The translations under genes were made by a program, and so were the position numbers. From NCBI GenBank assembly GCA_964016885.1, contig OZ024740.1, positions 45,880,001 through 45,944,000 of the forward strand: 64,000 nucleotides of DNA. Direction: 5' to 3'. This document shows positions 26,570 to 40,680 of this stretch, one piece after another. Numbering within the stretch: position 1 is the first letter of the stretch; every line of letters begins with the position of its first letter. The notes below the pieces were generated by a model that was not told where the DNA came from, searched no databases, and worked only from the letters and a program-made list of their open reading frames with translations. Origin of the DNA: Eledone cirrhosa. Lineage: Eukaryota.

Positions 26570-29380
26570 ATTGGTGTTGTACAACAAGAATTAGATCTAC
26601 TGTCTATTGTTGTATGTAACAAGTCATTGGTGTTGTACAGCAAGAATTAGATCTACTGTCTATTGTCGTATGTAACAAGACATTGGTGTTATACAGCAAG
26701 AATTAGGCCTACTGTCTATTGTTGTAATTAGACATTCGTGTTGTACTGCAAGAATTAGATCTACTGTCTATTGTTGTATGTAACAAGATATTGGTGTTGT
26801 ACAGCAAGAATTAGATCTACTGTCTATTGTTGTGTGTATCAAGACATTGGTGTTGTGCAGCAAGAATTAGATCTACTGTCTATTGTTGTGTGTAACAAGA
26901 CATTGGTGTTGTACAGCAAGAATTCGATCTACTGTCTATTGTTGTATGTAACAAGATATTGGTGTTGTACAGCAAGAATTAGGCCTACTGTCTATTGTCG
27001 TGTGTCACAAGACATTGGTGTTGTACAGCAAGAATTAGGCTTACTGTCTATTGTTGTAATTAGACATTCGTGTTGTACAGCAAGAATTAGATCTATTGTC
27101 TATTGTTGTGTGTAACAAGATATTGGTTTTGTACAGCAAGAATTAGATCTACCCTCTATTGTTGTATGTAACAAGACATTGGTGTTGTACAGAAAGAATT
27201 AGGCCTACTGTCTATTGTTGTAATTAGACATTCGTGTTGTACAGCAAGAATTAGATCTACTGTCTACTGTTGTGTGTAACAAGACATTGGTGTTGTGCAG
27301 CAAGAATTCGATCTACTGTCTATTGTTGTATGTAACAAGATGTTGGTGTTGTACAGCAAGAATTAGACCTACTGTCTGTTGTTGTGTGTAACAAGATATT
27401 GGTGTTGTACAGCAAGAATTAGACCTACTGTCTATTGTTGTATGTAACAAGATATTGGTGTTGTACAGCGAGAATTAGACCTACTGTCTGTTGTTGTGTG
27501 TAACAAGATATTGGTGTTGTACAGCAAGAATTAGACCTACTGTCTGTTGTTGTGTGTAACAAGATATTGGTGTTGTACACCAAGATTTAGACCTACTGTC
27601 TATTGTTGTATGTAACAGGATATTGGTGTCGTACAGCAAGAATTAGACCTACTGTCTATTGTTGTATGTAACAAGATATTGGTGTAGTACAGCAAGAATT
27701 AGACCTACTGTCTATTGTTGTATGTAACAGGATATTGGTGTTGTACAGCAAGAATTAGACCTACTGTCTATTGTTGTATGTAACAAGATATTGGTGTTGT
27801 ACAGCAAGAATTAGGCCTACTGTCTATAGTTGTAATTAGACATTCGTGTTGTACAGCAAGAATTAGATCTACTGTCTATTGTTGTATGTAACAAGATATT
27901 GGTGTTGTACAGCAAGAATTAGATCTACTGTCTATTGTTGTATGTAACAAGACATTGGTGTTGTACAACAAGAATTAGATCTACTGTCTATTGTTGTATG
28001 TAACAAGTCATTGGTGTTGTACAGCAAGAATTAGATCTACTGTCTATTGTCGTATGTAACAAGACATTGGTGTTATACAGCAAGAATTAGGCCTACTGTC
28101 TATTGTTGTAATTAGACATTCGTGTTGTACTGCAAGAATTAGATCTACTGTCTATTGTTGTATGTAACAAGATATTGGTGTTGTACAGCAAGAATTAGAT
28201 CTACTGTCTATTGTTGTGTGTATCAAGACATTGGTGTTGTGCAGCAAGAATTAGATCTACTGTCTATTGTTGTGTGTAACAAGACATTGGTGTTGTACAG
28301 CAAGAATTCGATCTACTGTCTATTGTTGTATGTAACAAGATATTGGTGTTGTACAGCAAGAATTAGGCCTACTGTCTATTGTCGTGTGTCACAAGACATT
28401 GGTGTTGTACAGCAAGAATTAGGCTTACTGTCTATTGTTGTAATTAGACATTCGTGTTGTACAGCAAGAATTAGATCTATTGTCTATTGTTGTGTGTAAC
28501 AAGATATTGGTTTTGTACAGCAAGAATTAGATCTACCCTCTATTGTTGTATGTAACAAGACATTGGTGTTGTACAGAAAGAATTAGGCCTACTGTCTATT
28601 GTTGTAATTAGACATTCGTGTTGTACAGCAAGAATTAGATCTACTGTCTACTGTTGTGTGTAACAAGACATTGGTGTTGTGCAGCAAGAATTCGATCTAC
28701 TGTCTATTGTTGTATGTAACAAGATGTTGGTGTTGTACAGCAAGAATTAGACCTACTGTCTGTTGTTGTGTGTAACAAGATATTGGTGTTGTACAGCAAG
28801 AATTAGACCTACTGTCTATTGTTGTATGTAACAAGATATTGGTGTTGTACAGCGAGAATTAGACCTACTGTCTGTTGTTGTGTGTAACAAGATATTGGTG
28901 TTGTACAGCAAGAATTAGACCTACTGTCTGTTGTTGTGTGTAACAAGATATTGGTGTTGTACACCAAGATTTAGACCTACTGTCTATTGTTGTATGTAAC
29001 AGGATATTGGTGTCGTACAGCAAGAATTAGACCTACTGTCTATTGTTGTATGTAACAAGATATTGGTGTAGTACAGCAAGAATTAGACCTACTGTCTATT
29101 GTTGTATGTAACAGGATATTGGTGTTGTACAGCAAGAATTAGACCTACTGTCTATTGTTGTATGTAACAAGATATTGGTGTTGTACAGCAAGAATTAGGC
29201 CTACTGTCTATAGTTGTAATTAGACATTCGTGTTGTACAGCAAGAATTAGATCTACTGTCTATTGTTGTATGTAACAAGATATTGGTGTTGTACAGCAAG
29301 AATTAGATCTACTGTCTATTGTTGTATGTAACAAGACATTGGTGTTGTACAACAAGAATTAGATCTACTGTCTATTGTTG
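26570..29380. repeat. Tandem duplication of 1,384 bp (25 monomers, 4 of them short), two copies
   Basis: AAGTCATTGG is at 26621/28005, ATACAGCAAG at 26691/28075, and ORF-track hits at 26771/28155. 25x56-16=1384. Confidence 0.92.
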
Positions 29381-32300
29381 TATGTAACAAGACATTGGTG
29401 TTGTACAGCAAGAATTAGATCTACTGTCTATTGTCGTATGTAACAAGACATTGGTGTTGTACAGCAAGAATTAGGCCTACTGTCTATTGTTGTAATTAGA
29501 CATTCGTGTTGTACAGCAAGAATTAGATCTACTGTCTATTGTTGTATGTAACAAGATATTGGTGTTGTGCAGCAAGAATTAGATCTACTGTCTATTGTTG
29601 TGTGTAACAAGACATTGGTGTTGTGCAGCAAGAATTAGATCTACTGTCTATTGTTGTGTGTAACAAGACATTGGTGTTGTACAGCAAGAATTCGATCTAC
29701 TGTCTATTGTCGTATGTAACAAGATATTGGTGTTGTACAGCAAGAATTAGGCCTACTGTCTATTGTTGTGTGTAACAAGACATTGGTGTTGTACAGCAAG
29801 AATTAGGCTTACTGTCTATTGTTGTAATTAGACATTCGTGTTGTACAGCAAGAATTAGATCTATTGTCTATTGTTGTGTGTAACAAGATATTGGTTTTGT
29901 ACAGCAAGAATTAGATCTACCCTCTATTGTTGTATGTAACAAGACATTGGTGTTGTACAGAAATAATTAGGCCTACTGTCTATTGTTGTAATTAGACATT
30001 CGTGTTGTACAGCAAGAATTAGATCTACTGTCTATTGTTGAGTGTAACAAGACATTGGTGTTGTGCAGCAAGAATTAGATCTACAGCCTATTGTTGTGTG
30101 TAACAAGACATTGGTGTTGTACAGCAAGAATTCGATCTACTGTCTATTGTTGTATGTAACAAGATGTTGGTGTTGTACAGCAAGAATTAGACCTACTGTC
30201 TGTTGTTGTGTGTAACAAGATATTGGTGTTGTACAGCAAGAATTAGACCTACTGTCTATTGTTGTATGTAACAAGATATTGGTGTTGTACAGCAAGAATT
30301 AGACCTACTGTCTATTGTTGTCTGTAACAGGATATTGGTTTGTACAGCAAGAATTAGACCTACTGTCTATTGTTGTATGTAACAAGATATTGGTGTTGTA
30401 CAGCAAGAATTAGGCCTATTGTCTATAGTTGTAATTAGACATTTGTGTTGTACAGCAAGAATTAGATCTACTGTCTATCGTTGTATGTAACAAGATATTG
30501 GTGTTGTACAGCAAGAATTAGACCTACTGTCTGTTGTCGTGTGTAACAAGATATTGGTGTTGTACAGCAAGAATTAGACCTACTGTCTATTGTTGTATGT
30601 AACAAGATATTGGTGTTGTACAGCAAGAATTAGGCCTACTGTCTATTGTTGTATGTAACAAGATATTGGTGTTGTACAGCAAGAATTAGACCTACTGTCT
30701 ATTGTTGTATGTAACAAGATATTGGTGTAGTACAGCAAGAATTAGACCTACTGTCTATTGTTGTATGTAACAAGATATTGGTGTTGTACAGCAAGAATTA
30801 GACCTACTGTCTATTGTTGTGTGTAACAAGACATTGGTGTTGTACAGCAAGAATTAGATCTACTGTCTATTGTTGTGTGTAACAAGATATTGGTGTTGTA
30901 CAGCAAGAATTAGGCCTACTGTCTATTGTTGTAATTAGACATTCGTGTTGTACAGCAAGAATTAGATCTACTGTCTATTGTTGTATGTAACAAAACATTG
31001 GTGTTGTACAGCAAGAATTAGATCTACTGTCTATTGTTGTATGTAACAAGACATTGGTGTTGTACAACAAGAATTAGATCTACTGTCTATTGTTGTAATT
31101 AGACATTCGTGTTGTACAGCAAGAATTAGATCTACTGTCTATTGTTGTATGTAACAAGATGTTGGTGTTGTACAGCAAGAATTAGGCCTACTGTCTATTG
31201 TCGTGTGTCACAAGACATTGGTGTTGTACAGCAAGAATTAGATCTATTGTCTATTGTTGTATGTAACAAGATATTGGTGTTGTACAGCAAGAATTAGGCC
31301 TATTGTCTATTGTTGTGTGTAACAAGACATTGGTGTTGTACAGCAAGAATTAGGCTTACTGTCTATTGTTGTAATTAGACATTCGTGTTGTACAGCAAGA
31401 ATTAGATCTATTGTCTATTGTTGTGTGTAACAAGATATTGGTTTTGTACAGCAAGAATTAGATCTACCCTCTATTGTTGTATGTAACAAGACATTGGTGT
31501 TGTACAGAAAGAATTAGGCCTACTGTCTATTGTTGTAATTAGACATTCGTGTTGTACAGCAAGAATTAGATCTACTGTCTATTGTTGTGTGTAACAAGAC
31601 ATTGGTGTTGTGCAGCAAGAATTAGATCTACAGTCTATTGTTGTGTGTAAATAGACATTGGTGTTGTACAGCAAGAATTCGATCTACTGTCTATTGTTGT
31701 ATGTAACAAGATGTCGGTGTTTTACAGCAAGAATTAGACCTACTGTCTGTTGTTGTGTGTAACAAGATATTGGTGTTGTACAGCAAGAATTAGACCTACT
31801 GTCTATTGTTGTATGTAACAAGATATTGGTGTTGTACAGCAAGAATTAGACCTACTGTCTGTTGTTGTATGTAACAAGATATTGGTGTTGTACAGCAAGA
31901 ATTAGACCTACTGTCTGTTGTTGTGTGTAACAAGATATTGGTGTTGTACAGCAAGAATTAGACCTACTGTCTATTGTTGTATGTAACAGGATATTGGTGT
32001 CGTACAGCAAGAATTAGACCTACTGTCTATTGTTGTATGTAACAAGATATTGGTGTTGTACAGCAAGAATTGGACCTACTGTCTGTTGTTGTGTGTAACA
32101 AGATATTGGTGTTGTACAGCAAATATTAGACCTACTGTCTATTGTTGTATGTAAAAAGATATTGGTGTTGTACAGCAAGAATTAGACCTACTGTCTATTG
32201 TTGTATGTAACAAGATATTGGTGTTGCACAGCAAGAATTAGACCTACTGTCTATTGTTGTATGTAACAAGATATTGGTGTTGTACAGCAAGAATTAGACC

Positions 32301-35300
32301 TACTGTCTATTGTTGTATGTAACAAGATATTGGTGTTGTACAGCAAGAATTAGACCTACTCTCTATTGTTGTGTGTAACAAGATATTGGTGTTGTACAGC
32401 AAGAATTAGACCTACTGTCTATTGTTGTATGTAACAGGATATTGGTGTTGTACAGCAAGAATTAGACCTACTGTCTATTGTTGTATGTAACAAGATATTG
32501 GTGTTGTACAGCAAGAATTAGACCTACTCTCTATTGTTGTGTGTAACAAGATATTGGTGTTGTACAGCAAGAATTAGACCTACTGTCTATTGTTGTATGT
32601 AACAAGATATTGGTGTTGTACAGCAAGAATTAGACCTACTGTCTATTGTTGTATGTAACAAGATGTTGGTGTTGTACAGCAAGAATTAGACCTACTGTCT
32701 GTTGTTGTGTTTAACAAGATATTGGTGTTGTACAGCAAGAATTAGACCTACTGTCTATTGTTGTATGTAACAAGATATTGGTGTTGTACAGCGAGAATTA
32801 GACCTACTGTCTGTTGTTGTGTGTAACAAGATATTGGTGTTGTACAGCAAGAATTAGACCTACTGTCTGTTGTTGTGTGTAACAAGATATTGGTGTTGTA
32901 CAGCAAGATTTAGACCTACTGTCTATTGTTGTATGTAACAGGATATTGGTGTCGTACAGCAAGAATTAGACCTACTGTCTATTGTTGTATGTAACAAGAT
33001 ATTGGTGTTGTATAGCAAGAATAAGACCTACTGTCTGTTGTTGTGTGTAACAAGATATTGGTGTTGTACAGCAAATATTAGACCTACTGTCTATTGTTGT
33101 ATGTAAAAAGATATTGGTGTTGTACAGCAAGAATTAGACCTACTGTCTGTTGTTGTGTGTAACAAGATATTGGTGTTGTACTGCAAGAATTAGACCTACT
33201 GTCTGTTGTTGTGTGTAACAAGATATTGGTGTTGTACAGCACGAATTAGACCCACTGTCTATTGTTGTATGTAACAGGATATTGGTGTTGTACAGCAAGT
33301 ATTAGACCTACTGTCTATTGTTGTATGTAACAAGATATTGGTGTTGTACAGCAAGAATTAGGCCTACTGTCTATAGTTGTAATTAGACATTCGTGTTGTA
33401 CAGCAAGAATTAGATCTACTGTCTATTGTTGTATGTAACAAGATATTGGTGTTGTACAGCAAGAATTAGATCTACTGTCTATTGTTGTGTTTAACAAGAC
33501 ATTGGTGTTGTACAGCAAGAATTCGATCTACTGTCTATTGTTGTATGTAACAAGATGTTGGTGTTGTACAGCAAGAATTAGACCTACTGTCTGTTGTTGT
33601 GTGTAACAAGATATTGGTGTTGTACAGCAAGAATTAGACCTACTGTCTATTGTTGTATGTAACAAGATATTGGTGTTGTACAGCAAGAATTAGACCTACT
33701 GTCTATTGTTGTATGTAACAGGATATTGGTTTGTACAGCAAGAATTAGACCTACTGTCTATTGTTGTATGTAACAAGATATTGGTGTTGTACAGCAAGAA
33801 TTAGACCTACTGTCTGTTGTTGTGTGTAACAAGATATTGGTGTTGTACAGCAAATATTAGACCTACTGTCTATTGTTGTATGTAAAAAGATATTGGTGTT
33901 GTACAGCAAGAATTAGACCTACTGTCTGTTGTTGTGTGTAACAAGATATTGGTGTTGTACTGCAAGAATTAGACCTACTGTCTGTTGTTGTGTGTAACAA
34001 GATATTGGTGTTGTACAGCAAGAATTAGACCTATTGTCTATTGTTGTATGTAACAGGATATTGGTGTTGTACAGCAAGAATTAGACCTACTGTCTATTGT
34101 TGTATGTAACAAGATATTGGTGTTGTACAGCAAGAAGTAGGCCTACTGTCTATAGTTGTAATTAGACATTCGTGTTGTACAGCAAGAATTAGATCTACTG
34201 TCTATTGTTGTATGTAACAAGATATTGGTGTTGTACAGCAAGAATTATACCTACTGTCTATCGTTGTATGTAACAAGATATTGGTGTTGTAGAGCAAGAA
34301 TTAGACCTACTGTCTGTTGTTGTGTGTAACAATATATTGGTGTTGTACAGCAAGAATTAGACCTACTGTCTATTGTTGTATGTAACAAGATATTGGTGTT
34401 GTACAGCAAGAATTAGGCCTACTGTCTATTGTTGTATGTAACAAGATATTGGTGTTGTACAGCAAGAATTAGATCTACTGTCTATTGTTGTATGTAACAA
34501 GATATTGGTGTTGTACAGCAAGAATTAGACCTACTGTCTATTGTTGTATGTAACAAGATATTGGTGTTGTACAGCAAGAATTAGACCTACTCTCTATTGT
34601 TGTGTGTAACAAGATATTGGTGTTGTACAGCAAGAATTAGACCTACTGTCTATTGTTGTATGTAACAGGATATTGGTGTTGTACAGCAAGAATTAGACCT
34701 ACTGTCTATTGTTGTATGTAACAAGATATTGGTGTTGTACAGCAAGAATTAGGCCTACTGTCTATAGTTGTAATTAGACATTCGTGTTGTACAGCAAGAA
34801 TTAGATCTACTGTCTATTGTTGTATGTAACAAGATATTGGTGTTGTACAGCAAGAATTAGATCTACTGTCTATTGTTGTATGTAACAAGATATTGGTGTT
34901 GTACAGCAAGAATTATACCTACTGTCTATCGTTGTATGTAACAAGATATTGGTGTTGTACAGCCAGAATTAGACCTACTGTCTGTTGTTGTGTGTAACAA
35001 GATATTGGTGTTGTACAGCAAGAATTAGACATACTGTCTATTGTTGTATGTAACAAGATATTGGTGTTGTACAACAAGAATTAGACCTACTGTCTATTGT
35101 TGTATGTAACAAGATAATGGTGTTGTACAGCAAGAATTAGACCTACTGTCTATTGTTGTATGTAAAAAGATATTGGTGTTGTTCAGCAAGAATTAGACCT
35201 ACTGTCTATTGTTGTGTGTAACAAGACATTGGTGTTGTACAGCAAGAATTAGATCTACTGTCTATTGTTGTGTGTAACAAGATATTGGTGTTGTACAGCA

Positions 35301-36619
35301 AGAATTAGGCCTACTGTCGATTGTTGTAATTAGACATTCGTGTTGTACAGCAAGAATTAGATCTACTGTCTATTGTTGTATGTAACAAGACATTGGTGTT
35401 GTACAGCAAGAATTAGATCTACTGTCTATTGTTGTGTGTAACAAGACATTGGTGTTGTACAACAAGAATTAGATCTACTGTCTATTGTTGTATGTAACAA
35501 GACATTGGTGTTGTACAGCAAGAATTAGAGCTACTGTCTATTGTCGTATGTAACAAGACATTGGTGTTGTACAGCAAGAATTAGGCCTACTGTCTATTGT
35601 TGTAATTAGACATTCGTGTTGTACAGCAAGAATTAGATCTACTGTCTATTGTTGTATGTAACAAGATATTGGTGTTGTACAGCAAGAATTAGATCTACTG
35701 TCTATTGTTGTTTGTAACAAGACATTGGTGTTGTGCAGCAAGAATTAGATCTACTGTCTATTGTTGTGTGTAACAAGACATTGGTGTTGTACAGCAAGAA
35801 TTAGGCCTACTGTCTATTGTCGTGTGTCACAAGACATTGGTGTTGTACAGCAAGAATTAGATCTATTGTCTATTGTTGTATGTATCAAGATATTGGTGTT
35901 GTACAGCAAGAATTAGGCCTACTGTCTATTGTTGTGTGTAACAAGATATTGGTGTTGTACAGCAAGAATTAGGCCTACTGTCTATTGTTGTGTGTAACAA
36001 GACATTGGTGTTGTACAGCAAGAATTAGGCTTACTGTCTATTGTTGTAATTAGACATTCGTGTTGTACAGCAAGAATTAGATCTATTGTCTATTGTTGTG
36101 TGTAACAAGATATTGGTTTTGTACAGCAAGAATTAGATCTACCCTCTATTGTTGTATGTAACAAGACATTGGTGTTGTACAGAAAGAATTAGGTCTACTG
36201 TCTATTGTTGTAATTAGACATTCGTGTTGTACAGCAAGAATTAGATCTACTGTCTATTGTTGTGTGTAACAAGACATTGGTGTTGTGCAGCAAGAATTAG
36301 ATCTACAGTCTATTGTTGTGTGTAACAAGACATTGGTGTTGTACAGCAAGAATTCGATCTACTGTCTATTGTTGTATGTAACAGGATGTTGGTGTTGTAC
36401 AGCAAGAATTAGACCTACTGTCTGTTGTTGTGTGTAACAAGATATTGGTGTTGTACAGCAAGAATTAGACCTACTGTCTATTTTTGTATGTAACAAGATA
36501 TTGGTGTTGTACAGCAAGAATTAGACCTACTGTCTGTTGTTGTGTGTAACAAGATATTGGTGTTGTACAGCAAGAATTAGACCTACTGTCTGTTGTTGTG
36601 TGTAACAAGATATTGGTAT

Positions 36620-39600
36620 TGTACAGCAAGAATTAGACCTACTGTCTATTGTTGTATGTAACAGGATATTGGTGTCGTACAGCAAGAATTAGACCTACTG
36701 TCTATTGTTGTATGTAACAAGATATTGGTGTTGTACAGCAAGAATTAGACCTACTGTCTGTTGTTGTGTGTAACAAGATATTGGTATTGTACAGCAAATA
36801 TTAGACCTACTGTCTATTGTTGTATGTAAAAAGATATTGGTGTTGTACAGCAAGAATTAGACCTACTGTCTGTTGTTGTGTGTAACAAGATATTGGTGTT
36901 GTACAGCAAGAATTAGACCTACTGTCTATTGTTGTATGTAACAGGATATTGGTGTTGTACAGCAAGAATTAGACCTAATGTCTATTGTTGTATGTGACAA
37001 GATATTGGTGTTGTACAGCAAGAATTAGGCCTACTGTCTATAGTTGTAATTAGACATTCGTGTTGTACAGCAAGAATTAGATCTACTGTCTATTGTTGTA
37101 TGTAACAAGATATTGGTGTTGTACAGCAAGAATTAGATCTACTGTCTATTGTTGTATGTAACAAGATATTGGTGTTGTACAGCAAGAATTATACCTACTG
37201 TCTATCGTTGTATGTAACAAGATATTGGTGTTGTACAGCAAGAATTAGACCTACTGTCTGTTGTTGTGTGTAATAAGATATTGGTGTTGTACAGCAAGAA
37301 TTAGACCTACTGTCTATTGTTGTATGTAACAAGATATTGGTGTTGTACAGCAAGAATTAGACCTACTGTCTATTGTTGTATGTAACAAGATATTGGTGTT
37401 GTACAGCAAGAATTAGACCTACTGTCTATTGTTGTATGTAACAAGATATTGGTGTTGTACAGCAAGAATTAGACCTACTGTCTATTGTTGTGTGTAACAA
37501 GACATTGGCGTTGTACAGCAAGAATTAGATCTACTGTCTATTGTTGTGTGTAACAAGATATTGGTGTTGTACAGCAAGAATTAGGCCTACTGTCTATTGT
37601 TGTAATTAGACATTCGTGTTGTACAGCAAGAATTAGATCTACTGTCTATTGTTGTATGTAACAAGACATTGGTGTTGTACAGCAAGAATTAGATCTACTG
37701 TCTATTGTTGTATGTAACAAGACATTGGTGTTGTACAGCAAGAATTAGATCTACTGTCTATTGTTGTATGTAACAAGACATTGGTGTTGTACAGCAAGAA
37801 TTAGATCTACTGTCTATTGTTGTATGTAACAAGACATTGGTGTTGTACAGTAAGAATTAGGCCTACTGTCTACTGTTGTAATTAGACATTCGTGCTGTAC
37901 AGCAAGAATTAGATCTACTGTCTATTGTTGTATGTAACAAGATATTGGTGTTGTACAGCAAGAATTCGATCTACTGTCTATTGTTGTATGTAACAAGACA
38001 TTGGTGTTGTGCAGCAAGAATTAGATCTACTGTCTATTGTTGTGTGTAACAAAACATTGGTGTTGTACAGCAAGAATTCGATCTACTGTTTATTGTTGTA
38101 TGTAAAAAGATATTGGTGTTGTACAGCAAGAATTAGGCCTACTGTCTATTGTTGTGTGCAACAAGACATTGGTTTTGTACAGCAAGAATTAGATGTATTG
38201 TCTATTGTTGTATGTAACAAGATATTGGTGTTGTACAGCAAGAATTAGGCCTACTGTCTATTGTTATGTGTAACAAGACATTGGTGTTGTACAGCAAGAA
38301 CTAGGCTTACTGTCTATTGTTGTAATTAGACATTCGTGTTGTACAGCAAGATTTAGATCTACTGTCTATTGTTGTATGTAACAAGACATTGGTGTTGTAC
38401 AGCAAGTATTAGATCTACTGTCTATTGTTGTATGTAACAAGACATTGGTGTTGTACAGCAAGAATTAGGCCTACTGTCTATTGTTGTAATTAGACATTCG
38501 TGTTGTACAGCAAGAATTAGATCTACTGTCTATTGTTGTATGTAACAAGATATTGGTGTTGTACAGCAAGAATTATACCTACTGTCTATTGTTGTATGTA
38601 ACAAGACATTGGTGTTGTGCAGCAAGAATTAGATCTACTGTCTATTGTTGTGTGTAACAAGATATTGGTGTTGTACAGCAAGAATTAGACCTACTGTCTA
38701 TTGTTGTATGTAACAGGATATTGGTGTCGTACAGCAAGAATTAGACCTACTGTCTATTGTTGTATGTAACAAGATATTGGTGTTGTACAGCAAGAATTAG
38801 ACCTACTGTCTGTTGTTGTGTGTAACAAGATATTGGTATTGTACAGCAAATATTAGACCTACTGTCTATTGTTGTATGTAAAAAGATATTGGTGTTGTAC
38901 AGCAAGAATTAGACCTACTGTCTGTTGTTGTGTGTAACAAGATATTGGTGTTGTACAGCAAGAATTAGACCTTCTGTCTATTGTTGTATGTGACAAGATA
39001 TTGGTGTTGTACAGCAAGAATTAGGCCTACTGTCTATAGTTGTAATTAGACATTCGTGTTGTACAGCAAGAATTAGATCTACTGTCTATTGTTGTATGTA
39101 ACAAGATATTGGTGTTGTACAGCAAGAATTAGATCTACTGTCTATTGTTGTATGTAACAAGATATTGGTGTTGTACAGCAAGAATTATACCTACTGTCTA
39201 TCGTTGTATGTAACAAGATATTGGTGTTGTACAGCAAGAATTAGACCTACTGTCTGTTGTTGTGTGTAACAAGATTTTGGTGTTGTACAGCAAGAATTAG
39301 ACCTACTGTCTATTGTTGTATGTAACAAGATATTGGTGTTGTACAGCAAGAATTAGACCTACTGTCTATTGTTGTATGTAACAAGATATTGGTGTTGTAC
39401 AGCAAGAATTAGACCTACTGTCTATTGTTGCATGTAACAAGATATTGTTGTTGTACAGCAAGAATTAGACCTACTGTCTATTGTCGTGTGTAACAAGACA
39501 TTGGCGTTGTACAGCAAGAATTAGATCTACTGTCTATTGTTGTGTGTAACAAGATATTGGTGTTGTACTGCAAGAATTAGGCCTACTGTCTATTGTTGTA

Positions 39601-40680
39601 ATTAGACATTCGTGTTGTACAGCAAGAATTAGATCTACTGTCTATTGTTGTATGTAACAAGACATTGGTGCTGTACAGCAAGAATTAGATCTACTGTCTA
39701 TTGTTGTATGTAACAAGACATTGGTGTTGTACAGCAAGAATTAGATCTACTGTCTATTGTTGTATGTAACAAGACATTGGTGTTGTACAGCAAGAATTAG
39801 ATCTACTGTCTATTGTTGTATGTAACAAGACATTGGTGTTGTACAGTAAGAATTAGGCCTACTGTCTATTGTTGTAATTAGACATTCATGCTGTACAGCA
39901 AGAATTAGATCTACTGTCTATTGTTGTATGTAACAAGATATTGGTGTTGTACAGCAAGAATTCGATCTACTGTCTATTGTTGTATGTAACAAGACATTGG
40001 TGTTGTGCAGCAAGAATTAGATCTACTGTCTATTGTTGTGTGTAACAAGACATTGGTGTTGTACAGCAAGAATTCGATCTACTGTTTATTGTTGTATGTA
40101 AAAAGATATTGGTGTTGTACAGCAAGAATTAGGCCTACTGTCTATTGTTGTGTGTCACAAGACATTGGTTTTGTACAGCAAGAATTAGATCTATTGTCTA
40201 TTTTTGTATGTAACAAGATATTGGTGTTGTACAGCAAGAATTAGGCCTACTGTCTATTGTTATGTGTAACAAGACATTGGTGTTGTACAGCAAGAACTAG
40301 GCTTACTGTCTATTGTTGTAATTAGACATTCGTGTTGTACAGCAAGATTTAGATCTACTGTCTATTGTTGTATGTAACAAGACATTGGTGTTGTACAGCA
40401 AGTATTAGATCTACTGTCTATTGTTGTATGTAACAAGACATTGGTGTTGTACAGCAAGAATTAGGCCTACTGTCTATTGTTGTAATTAGACATTCGTGTT
40501 GTACAGCAAGAATTAGATCTACTGTCTATTGTTGTATGTAACAAGATATTGGTGTTGTACAGCAAGAATTATACCTACTGTCTATTGTTGTATGTAACAA
40601 GACATTGGTGTTGTGCAGCAAGAATTAGATCTACTGTCTATTGTTGTGTGTAACAAGATATTGGTGTTGTACAGCAAGAA
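36620..40680. repeat. Older tandem duplication of about 2.0 kb (1,996-2,052 bp; 36-37 monomers), two copies
   Basis: GGTGTCG is at 36671/38723 (offset 2,052) and ORF-track hits at 38009/40005 (offset 1,996). Shared private variants include TTGGCGTT, CAGTAAG, GAACTAGGCTT and CAAGTATT. Several copy-specific SNPs are present. Confidence 0.87.
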
